A DNA stretch of 64,000 nucleotides from the NCBI GenBank assembly GCA_965227315.1, contig OZ245737.1, forward strand, positions 859,517 through 923,516, read 5' to 3'. The position numbers were made by a program, and so were the translations under genes. Origin of the DNA: Cytophagales bacterium. GTDB taxonomy: Bacteria; Bacteroidota; Bacteroidia; Cytophagales; CCMP332. This document shows, in pieces, positions 29,375 through 41,400 of the stretch (the first letter of the stretch is position 1; each line of letters opens with the position of its first letter). The notes under the pieces are model-generated. The model was not told the DNA's origin. It did not search any database and saw nothing but the letters and a program-made list of their open reading frames with translations.

Positions 29375-29435
29375 TTACACTGATGGTTGCCGTATCCGTA
29401 AAACACCCATTGTTGCAAGTCCTACCACCTGGTAA
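29375..29435 (-). other. Frameshift junction joining the 7010-aa and 1215-aa ORFs (apparent 1-nt deletion, most plausibly at about 29408-29413)
   Basis: The upstream frame reads ..DYQVVGLATMGVLRIRQPSV*. The downstream frame, read 5' of its called start, gives ..NNGCFTDTATISVTVLPVPDATLV. That supplies the conserved second Cys and the V.V..P end of the module begun in the upstream ORF. The span 25716-50407 is 24692 nt, which is 2 mod 3. Confidence 0.75.
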
Positions 29436-32400
29436 TCGGTATCTACCAATGGCACCACAGGCTCAATACCATTGGTATTGACCGTACCGGTACTCCAGTA
29501 GAATGAATCCGCCACCAAAGGTGCATTGATCGAAGCCGATAGCTCGGTGGTATCGCCAAGGCAAACAGGATTTGGAACTGCTCCTGAAGTCAGTTTTGGT
29601 TTTGGCAAGACGATCAGCGTATCATAAAGAATGCTGTTACAGGTTCCTTCCACAAAGGTCCACTCATATACAATTTCAAGAGGCTTGGTCAGCGTATCAG
29701 GGAGAGACTGAGAACTCAATATGCCTATTGAATCAAGTCCGCCATTATAGATGAAAATGGAGAATGGTCCGGGCTGAACCCTGAAAACCGTATGGTTAAA
29801 GGTCGGTCCCGCCGGCAGGTTGACCAGGTAGAGAGAGGTAGAATCACCATAACATACCGTATCGTCAGCAAGCCTGATCCTCACATTTGGATATTGTGTC
29901 AATAGTATGGTCACCGTGTCATAGTTCACGCAATCATTGAAGTCTCTGATCTTCAAGGCAAGATTCGATGGAGAGTTTCCGGCGCCGGGCAAATAGGTCG
30001 TAGGGTTGAGTAGCTCGGCTCCCGGTGCTATGAAACCAGGAGGATCAAGAGCGCTCCAGAAGAAGGTATCAATTCCAATAGGGTTTCCGGCATCCGGTAC
30101 GGAATGAACATTCACCAGCGGATTTGATGGACTAGCCGGACAATAGGCCAGGGTGTCGTTCAGGCTGATTGAGCTTCCATCGGTGGAGAAATTCTGAAGA
30201 GGCAGTGGATTCACAAAAACCTGGACCGAATCCATACTTGAGCAGGTATTTTGGTTATTGGTCAAAGCGATATAGAAGATCGTATCCGTTGAAGCCCGGT
30301 AATGAATGGTATCGGTCGTTTTGCCGTTAGACCACAGGATATCCAGCATCCCATAGCTTTGGTAATTGACAGTATCCGTGATCCTCAACACTGTATCCAG
30401 CCCAAAACACATATCAAAGGAATCATTCTGGATGTTGAATGAAGGAAGTTGCAGGGATCTTACGAACTGTGAATCGATCGCAACACAACCGATCGGATCT
30501 GTTACGGTGAGGTAAACCATGGTGTCACCTATATAATTCGCGGTGAAATTCGGGAACTGAAGGGTGTCATCATCAAACAATCCTGAAGGAGCCCATTGGA
30601 AATCGAATGTTCCGTCAAATCCACCTCCCGCGGTAAAGAAACCTCCCATTTGAACAGTCGAGAATTGGCAGAGGGAATCCACAATTGCATTTGGATCGAA
30701 TGTGATTGGTGGATTCACCGTAATGGTCACGGTTCTGACCTCAACGCAAATTCCCAGGCTATCACGGATTGTAACCGAGAACTGATGCGGGATCTGATTC
30801 GCATTGCCAAGAGGATTGAACAGCGGATTTCTTGCATTCGGATCATCCAGGAAGTTGACGGAAGTAGAGGGTATCGAGGACCATACAAAAGTATATGGTT
30901 CGGTTCCGCCTGTTACGGTCACAGATCCATCATATAGCGTATCACCCAGATAAATGGAATCTCCAAAACACAGGGTTGTATCATTGATCAGACCCGCCGA
31001 GATCGAATCATTGACAAAAACGAATAAGCTATCCTCATCGGTACAACCAAAGCTATCACTCACCACCACGTTGTATTGCAATCTCATAGCAGAGTCAGCA
31101 GTCAATGCCGGGTTTGCCAGGCTGGCATCATCCAGCTTGATATTTGGAGTCCAGGTATAACTCAATGGTCCTCCCGGAATACCTGGCAGGTTATTTCCTG
31201 TAGGATTACCGCCTAAGGACGAATCCTGACCATAACAGAGGTAAAGCGTATCAAATACTCCTGGTGCGGTCAAACGATTCGCATCGGCAATGATCCTGTT
31301 GGAGACAGCAATATGAACCGTATCGAAATTATCGCAGAGGAAGCCATTGTCCTGAACCCTGATCACATAATCATACAAGCCAGCTATGATACCATCCATA
31401 GTAGCGGTGTCGTTCAACAGAGTACCACCCAGGTTAGTACCCGGCGTCCAGGTGTAGGTGAATGGTCCTTCATCGCTGATCACATCCGCGATCAATAAGA
31501 GTGAATCCTGGAAGCATGCGATGGAATCAGCATTGCCGAGCAGATCTATGGACCTGGCGTTTACCATCAGAGTATCCCTGACACGGATCTGGATCACCGA
31601 ATCAACAATGCAACTCGCCATGAAGGGGTCCATGTCATCAGTGACCGAAAGAGTCAGCAAGTGAACCCCGGAAGAGTCACCATAGAAATCAGGTTGAAGA
31701 AGTGTATCGTCGTTCAAATAGGTGTTTGGACTCCACAGGTAGCTGAAGTTACCTGATCCTCCAACCACATTGGCCGGGATAGGTTGAATCGTATCCTCGA
31801 AACAGATCACCGTTGAATCGCCTGGGAAAGATGAGATAGAAATCTGTGGGTTCAGTCGAATAACCACCTGATCAACTACCTCACAGATCTGCATACTGGC
31901 AGTATCATAGACGGTCAGCGTAAATGTCACGTCAACCGGCCCGGGCAACGGAGTCACATTATGGATCAATATCGGGTTGGCCGAATCTCCGGAATTGATC
32001 AGGCCGGGGAAATTCGGGATATAAGTCCACTGATATTTAAATGCACCCTGTCCCCCACTTGCTGTCGGCAAACCACCCAGGATCATTGTATCTCCGTAAC
32101 AAACCACGGTATCGACACCGGCATCAACCATGATAGTATCATTCACCCGCATTTGGATGGTATCCCTTCCAATACATCCTATGCTGTCCGTACCGGTCAA
32201 ATAAACCTGATAGAGTCCGGATTGGATTCCCTTGAAGTATGGGTCAGCAATGGTATCGCTTGGGCTGAAAATACCGGCGATCACAGGGTTAGATTCCCAC
32301 TGGTAACTATGCATTCCGATTCCACCCGAATCTCTTGGCTGAACATCGAGCTGAAGGCTGTCCATAAAACAGACTATTGAATCGGGTGCCACCGCGTTTG

Positions 32401-35400
32401 CAACCACTTTGGGGTTATAGACTATCCGTACGGTGTCATATACCTGGCATCCCGCCACGGTATCGGTGATCTCGACCACATAGGTGACATCATCTCCTAC
32501 ATCGATGCTATTGATCACCAATGGGTTAAAAGAAGTGCTATCCGCAGGATCATCGAAATAGGTTGTCGGTCTCCAAATCGGAGTCAGGTTGATGTTCCCT
32601 GAGCCTCCCATGGCTGTGGGGGTTCCGCCAAGCACAGCGCTATCCTCAAAACAGATAATCGTATCATTTCCTGCAAATGGAATGATCTCAGGATTAACCT
32701 GAACCATAACCGTATCTATATCGAAGCACAGGCTATCATCCGTAACCTCGACGATGAAATTGAATGTGTTGACCGTATCTCCAGAGAAAATCGGGTTAGC
32801 AGCATTGGTATCGCTTAGTAAGCCATCATCATCCAGTCCCGTGGACAGTGTCCATGAGTAGGTATATGGAGGATTACCACCGGAGGCAGTCACAGAATCG
32901 GGTACAATACCACCCAGCGTATGCGCCTGGTCGAAGCAGATCAATGTATCATACCCGGCAAAGGCCATCGGATTCTCAAGTTCGATCACATGGAACAGCC
33001 TTGTGGTATCTGTACAGGTGATCACGTTTCCTCCAAATTGTGGGAAAGTGGTGTAGGATTTAGTCAGCACGGCATAATACACACCGGTGGTATCGATCCA
33101 TACCTGATGGGTATCAGCGGCAATGAGGGTGTTTCCAACCGTATCATACCAGTCTACCCTCAGCTCCGGACCCTGGTTATTGTCGATTGAGATCAGGGCG
33201 GAATCCGTATCATCACAGAAAACCGTATCGTGTACAAGGTCGAAGATCAATGAATCATCCAGGAAGTTCACTTTGATTCCGACCGTGTCGGTAAACTGAG
33301 CACAGGTAGCGGGATTCAATCCATTCAGTACTTCCGCATAGTAATTTCCTTCGGTAGTGACTACAAGGGTGTCTGTATTTGCACCTACAATGATGCCATT
33401 GTCATCATACCATTGATAGGAAGGTGCATTATCAGGTTGGTAGAAACCGCCTTTCGCAAACACATGACCATTGTTTTTAAGCTCCAGGTTGAAGGAATTG
33501 GAAGTTGCATCTCCGATGAGATCACCGTCATCGAATATCCCGACCGAATCCATTTGCCATAAGGCAAGCAATCCATGCTCCGTTCCGGAAAGCGGCACAA
33601 GGCTGTTGTTGGCAAAGAATACCCTTGGATGGGCATTTTCCCAGAACCTCACCTCATCAATACTTCCGGGGAATTCGCTCGCCGGCAATGTGGCACATCC
33701 GAAATTCTGATCGATGCCTACCACCAGATCACAGGCAGGCCCCGGAGTGAAGTCGGGCATCACAATATTTTCAGTGGAGTCATAGGCAGATCCTACGCCA
33801 ACCACATGAATGGCCTTGCCTCTGATATTGTCCCACGAAACCGCTACATGGAACCAGTCGCTGGTATTCCAATTGCCATTACTTCCGGTAAGGATAAGTT
33901 GATCGGTACCAGCACCATTGGCGGCGACATCGGTTTCAAACATAATGTCTCCGTTTACATCAAATGCAATTCTGAAATAATCGTTTGCATCCTGATTCTT
34001 CATCATCAAGACGGAGTTTGCTAGCGAGGCGAGGTTATCAATCTTAAAGAAGAGTTCTACGGAGAAACCATTATCTGGTACGAGGTCAAGAAGATTGTTG
34101 GCCTCACCATAACCGGCACCAGTTGTTGACCAATAATTGGTATTCACGGAATTGATCACCAACTCAACAGACCCGTCCTCACAAATGGTGTCCGTCTCAT
34201 AGCGAACGCTATCATCAAATTGTGGTGCATTCCGGATCACCTGGCTGCGACTTGGCTCGGTACACTCTTCCTTGGTGATGGCCACGGTATAAATTCCTGT
34301 CTTGGTAGACCCAAAGTCCCTGCTTGTTGCTCCGGGGATGGTATCCCAGCCGTAGAACCACTGGTAGGTTACGGCAGGAGGTCCGATTTCATTGCTTTCG
34401 AAGGCGACGGAATCACCAAAACATCCCACGGCGATCGGAGATCCCGAACCGAGGAGCAGGTTCAGCGTGGTGTCGATGATCACTTCCCTTAATGGAAGGA
34501 CGTTCGAAGTAGCTGCACAGTTGCCATTTGACACTTCAACCGTTACATCACCGGTGGTATCATAAACAAAGAAATTGCTTGTAAACAATGGTTGAATCGT
34601 GCCATCGACCCTCCATACATATCCCGGGTTGGAAAGTGGAGCTCTGTAATATCCCGAATCAATTCCAAAGAAGGAATTCACAAATGATCCTCCTGCAAAT
34701 CCGGTAACCACTTCTTTTGGTGTGGACCCGGTAGTATCCTCAAAGTTCCACAGTGCAAACAGGTTGGGCTCGGTTCCCCTTAACGGTGTATTCCTGTTAT
34801 GAGCTATCGAGATCGAATCCATAGCATAATCCCAAATTCTCACCTCATCGATCAAGCCGGTCATGAAATAAGGATTTGCTCCTGGTCCCTGTGAGCGCAA
34901 TCCCATATAAATGGTATTTGCTCCCGGACTAACCGCCGTATTATTAAATACACCCGCCATCTCCTTTTGTCCGTCGACATACAGGGTCACTCCATCCAAA
35001 TTAGTGTTGATTGCGGAGTCATAGACAACCGCGATATGATGATACTGATAGTCCCTGAGGTCCGTTGTACCAGTGATCCGGTTGTTACCCGCCTGGTTCA
35101 AGGACAATTCAAGAGCACCATTTGCCCCATTGATCCGGACGATCCAGTTGTTCGTTCCGCCTGTACCCCAGGAAATTATTCCCATGGCCGTATCGGTTTT
35201 CACCCAGGCTTCAACCGATTTGGATCCCGGGCCCCCAAGACCATTGATTCCGGTGTTGATGTATCCGGCCCTGCTTCCTGCAGCATGCCCCTGGACTCCC
35301 GGCACCCAGAGCAATACACTATCGTCTTTGCAAAGGATGCTATCGCCTAATCTGATACTCAACAGAGAATCAATTCTTGGCTTGATGCTGACCTGAGCAT

Positions 35401-38400
35401 AACCCATGGTGTCAATACATGAAGCGTTGGCAGCAAGAATTTGATAAACCCCGGTCCATCCTGCCTCATATGTGGAATCGTTGGCCCCCGCAATGGTATC
35501 ATTTCCATACATCCAGGTCAGGTTGTAATCGGCCGCGACCGAAGGCCCGACAAGGCTTAGCGTGATCGTCTCACCAAAACAGGTATCCGCAACTGCCGCA
35601 ACCGTGCTATCGGCAAATGGAAGCGGTGTTTCTACGATGATGGCCCTGGAAGAATCCGCACAGCCCCTTCCATTATCCACCTTCAGATAGTAATTGCCTG
35701 CCGTATCTACACGCAATGAATCGGCCGTTCCCACAATCTGACCTGAAATGGCCTCTATCCATGTGAAACTGACTCCACCCGAACTGTCTTGGGCAAAGAA
35801 AGTAACAGCCGTATCGCCATAGCAGAAGGTCGTATCCCCTACGATCAGCACACTTGGATCTGTTTCCAGGATGGTGATGGAATCATAGGCGAATGTCTGC
35901 GTGGCACAACTGGCGCTGGAATTCAATTCCAGGCTTACGACATCAAATCCTTTTAGCTCATTGGTCGCATATGTTGTTCCGATATGTCTTAGGGTATCAT
36001 TGACATACCAGCGATATCCCGGATTGGCTCCTTGTCCTCTTACACTATCAACTTCAAATGTGATCAGCTCATCAGGGCAGATCGGATTCATGGGATCCAT
36101 GCTCAGGAACACCTCAGGAGTAACACTACCCGGTAGTGTATTCACTCCATAGGTGAAGAAGACGGAATCCGTTGGGGCCAGACAACCACTTGAGGCATTG
36201 GTAACGGTTACCCTGTAAGTTTCCCCGGCATTTACACCGGTCTGAATACTTGTGAGGTCTGCACCTGCTGCAACCAACTGAACAGAAGGTGAAATTCTTC
36301 TCCAGACATATTGAGAACCAAATCCAAGTCCTACGACATTGGCGCTAAGGTTCGTCAGATCACCATTACATGTCGGATCAGGATCCTGGGTAATGGTCAC
36401 CGAAGGAGTGTTGTTGATCGTAATGGTATCAAAATCTATAGCTGTGGCGGTTCCTGCACCACAGGCAAGACCCTTATTCAGTTCCACGGAAATGAAGAAC
36501 GGACCAGCTCCGGTAAAGGAACGAATGATGGTATCACCGTTGCCGAAGAATGTTCCATTTTCCCTCCAGGCATAGCTTGGGTTATCTCCTTCTCCGGTAG
36601 AAAGCGCTACAAGTCTTACCAGGGACCCGCTACAGATCTCTGTTCCCGGAGTCACCTCGATATCAACCGTTGGGATAATTGGGTCTTGAAGGTCAATTAC
36701 AAGTGTATCCCTATCCGTTGGGACAGCTCCGCATCCGTTTGAGACCAGTTCTACAACCACTTCGTCGCCATCAGCAAGCATGTTCGAGTTGTAGGTTCCA
36801 GATGAATTGGTTGCCACAAGCCCACCGTTGACAAACCAGTTGTAAACCGGGCTGGTGCCCTCACCGGATACCGTGGTTGAGAAAGTGACATTGTCACCCG
36901 AACAAACAGGGTTTGCAGGAGACTGGGCAAGGCTTACGCTTGGTGTCACAACAGGATCTACCGTAGTCGACTGGAATGCAAGGAAGCTCTGTCCGGTGTT
37001 GCACGAGTTCGGGTCAGCAGTCAGGTTCAGGGTGATCAGGTTGGTCCCCGGACCGATCTCAAATGAGTTCGATGGTGCGCCCGCCACGGTTGTCAATGTG
37101 ATCTGATCAAGATTTGAGATCGGTGGTCCGGCGGGTGGAATGACATTCCATTGATAACTTGGATTTGCACCCCCGCCAATGACATTGGCAGTATAGGTTA
37201 CAGTCTGTCCGATACATAGATCTCCTGAAGGGCTTTGGTCTATAGATACCTGCAGTGGAACCGTAAGGCTGCCCTGAATAAAGATCGTATCAGCTGCGGT
37301 TGGCATGGAGGCGCAGCCTGGAGGATTGCTTGAAGTCATGATGACCGCCACTTCATCTCCATCCTGAATGTTGACGAAGGTTACATTGTCTAAGCCTGTT
37401 CCCTGAGCCTGAAGCCCTCCGTTGAGAAACCATTGATAAGAAGGAGAAGTACCGCCACCGGAAGGATTAGCAGTGAAATCCACATCATCACCAATACAAA
37501 CGGGGTTGTCAGGGCTTTGTGAGATCGAAACCTCAGGAGTAATTGGGTCCTGGATCTGGATGATATAGGAATCATTAACGATTGCTCCTGAAGATTTACA
37601 AGAAGCGTTGCTATTGAGCTGGACTGAGATTGAGTCGCCGCTTACAGTATTTCCAGGGTAGAGGTAGCTGGTTCCAAAGGCAACCGGGTTTGTACCCAGG
37701 TACCAGGTCGGAACCGCTGTTCCCTGTCCAACCATGATAGCTTCAAATTCCACATCCTCATTTGGACAAACAGGTCCGTTAGGATTGGCGCTGATAGAGA
37801 TCGAGGGCGTTACTGAATTGTCAACAACAACCAAAACCGAATCAAGCACTACATCCGGGGAATAGCAACTTGGCGCTTTGGACATCCTCACTTTCACATA
37901 ATAGCTTCCGGCCGGGGTGAAAGTGGTATCGAATATTGTACTGTCCGTACCAGCGGGATTATTATCAATAAACCACTCATAAACCGGATTTGCGCCCCCA
38001 CCCACATTGGAAGCCTCAAACTGAACCGGGTCATTGATACAAACCGGTGAAGCCGGACTTTGAACAATACTCACCGTAGTCGTACCGCCTGTTGTGGTAT
38101 TGATCGTAACCTGATCCGTAACCGAACCGACAGTTGCACAGGCAGCTGTGGTAGTGAGTGTGAAGCTAAATTCGTCACCATCATTCCAATTTGTGGACAG
38201 GACAGTCAAGGAGTCATCGGTACCGATTACAGCGCCTCCGTTTCTTCTCCAGGCATAGGTATCCGAAGGTCCAGCTCCGGTGATGTTGGCAACAAGGAGC
38301 AGATCGTCGGTGGCACAAACAGGATTTGCCGGGAACTGATCAATGCTCACCACAGGAGTAATTGAGTCTACCACGATCATCAGGGTGGTATCTTCCACGA

Positions 38401-41400
38401 TCCCCGCAGGTGCAGGAATACATCCCATTCCGGTCACATCCAGTGTAACTCTAACAAGATCTCCATCCGTTGGTGAATATGAATAAGAGTTGCCGGTTGA
38501 AACGATCGGACCACCATTCACCGTCCATGCCCATACAGGAGCGTTTCCTGTATCAGTAGCAACTACCGTGAAGTCTACCAATTCCCCATCACAAACCGAG
38601 CCCGGAGGATCCTGAACCAGGGAAACGGTTGGCGGCACATTGGGATTCACCAGGACTTCAGCCGAATCTGTGATGTTGGCATCAGGTGCGGCCACTCCGC
38701 AGCCATTGGCATCGGATATGGAATCGATATAGTAAGTGGTATTGACAGTGGGGTTTACAACGATATTGTCTCCCGAAGTATAGGGGAATATGTCTGTTGT
38801 ATTTGTTCCGTCGGTGTACCTGACAAAATATGGTGCGGTTCCGGTAGTAAAATTCACCTGAATGTTTGCAGAAGAACCATCACAAATGGATTGGTTCAAA
38901 GGCGTCATATTAGCAGCAGCGGTTGGATTCACAAGGGAAGTGGCATTGCTGGTGATAACTGTAGCCGCACAGAATGGTGGCGTACTGGTCGTAGCTGAGA
39001 CAAGCGTATAAGTGGTCAATGCCGGATTTGTTGGCACATGCCAGATCGTATCCCCTGAAGTATAGGGAGAAGGAACGACAGGATTAGCGCCTATATCCGC
39101 AACAATGGTGATCAGATATGGCCCTGCTCCTCCTACGAAATTCACAACCAATGGAATAGAGTCACCTTCGCAGATCACCGCACCACCGGTCAAGTTGGCC
39201 GAATCTACAGGGTCAAAGAACTCAACATCCATTTCATCAAATGAGTCAGCACAGGTTCCGTTGGAAATCGTCCACCTCAAAGTATGCGTTCCAAGGAATC
39301 CGTTGGAATAGGCTGAGGAATTGAATTGAGAGCTATCACTGAAGGTCACCTGTCCAGGGCCCGATTGCCATGTCCAAACTCCATTTCCTACACCTGGGTC
39401 CGGGTTGTTGGCCGCAAGTATCGCCGAATCTCCGCAGAGTCCCAATTGGTCTCCTCCCGCATTCGCAGTTGTTGGGTTCGCAAAGAACCAAACCAGGATC
39501 TGATCCCTGAGGGTATCACAGGATCCGTTAAAGGATTTCCATTCCAACAATACCTCCACTGTATCCTCCGTACCGGTGAAAACCACTGAGGCCGTGGCGT
39601 TCGGCAAAGTAGGATCGTTAAACGACACTCTCGGGATAGCACTGATATCCTTCCACCTACCCTGCCCTGAGGTAATGTTATTTGCAGAAAGAACAATTGA
39701 ATTAGAACATATTTCAGCACTGTCGGGGCCGGCATCGGGTATCGTCGGATCGGCAAAGAAGTCCACCGTGATCGAACTTGCACTTGGGGTACATGAACCG
39801 GAACTGATCGTCCAGGTCAACTGATACTGCCCGTAAACTCCATTATGCCTTGCAATGGTGTTGAACAGTGTATCATCATCAAAGGTGATCACTCCACCGG
39901 CGGGAGCAAGAGTTGTTGTCCATTGTCCCGTTCCTACTATAGGATTATTAGCTGCCAGTTCTACGGTATCGGCACAAATACTATCTGTAACCGCACCGGC
40001 AACCGAGGTAGTTGGGTCCTCATCAAAAGTGATCAGAACGGTATCACCCACCGATGGGCATGGATCATTGGCAACCGTCCATGATAATTTGTAGGTGCCA
40101 TACAATCCCGGACCCGTTGTATGAACTACGGAAGTCGGACTGTTTCCATTAACAAAATTGATATTTCCTGATACGGGATGCTCAGTCCAAAAAGAGGAGA
40201 ATGGACCAGGATTTGATGCCGCCAGGGTTGTGAACGTGTCGCAAACCGATTGGTCCGGGCCTGCAAAAACCGGAATTAAAACCCGATCTCTGAATCCAAC
40301 CGTAACCGAATCCTGATCCACGGGGCAATTACCGTTGCTGGTGGTCCACATCAAAATGTAATTTCCATCCGTAGATCCATAAGCTTCAGATTTTGGATCT
40401 GCAGGATTATCAAAGGTCACAACTGCAGGACCTGAAACAAACGACCACATTCCTGATCCAACAGTGACTATATCGGCGTTCAAACCCACGGTGTCACCGC
40501 AAACGGAGGTATCGTTTCCGGCAAATGCAGGAGTCGGATTATCAAAGAAGGTGATCTGAACCGTATCGGCTGAGTCGAGGCATACTCCGTTGCCAAGGCT
40601 CCAGCTCAATTCATATACTCCGAAACCACCTGCCGTAAAGTCTGTGTTGAATACCGTGCTGTCCACAAAGACGTGACCTGCCGGACCGCTCACTACCTGC
40701 CAGTAACCATACTCACCTGCTGCAGGCATGTTACCAGCCAATGTGGTGGTCAGCTGACAGACCGAATCAGGGGTACCTGCGTTCGGAACCGTAGGATCAT
40801 CGAAGAAGGTGATCTGAACCGTATCGGCTGAATCCAGGCATACTCCGTTGCCAAGGCTCCAGCTCAATTCATATACTCCGAAACCACCTGCCGTAAAGTC
40901 TGTGTTGAATACCGTGCTGTCCACAAAGACGTGACCTGCCGGACCGCTCACTACCTGCCAGTAACCATACTCACCTGCTGCAGGCATGTTACCAGCCAAT
41001 GTGGTGGTCAGCTGACAGACCGAATCAGGTGTGCCTGCATTCGGAACCGTAGGATCATCGAAGAAGGTGATCTGAACCGTATCGGCTGAATCCAGGCATA
41101 CTCCGTTGCCAAGGCTCCAGCTCAATTCATATACTCCGAAACCACCTGCCGTAAAGTCTGTGTTGAATACCGTGCTGTCCACAAAGACGTGACCTGCCGG
41201 ACCGCTCACTACCTGCCAGTAACCATACTCGCCTGCTGCAGGCATGTTACCAGCCAATGTGGTGGTCAGCTGACAGACCGAATCAGGTGTGCCTGCATTC
41301 GGAACCGTAGGATCATCGAAGAAGGTGATCTGAACCGTATCGGCTGAATCCAGGCATACTCCGTTGCCAAGGCTCCAGCTCAATTCATATACTCCGAAAC

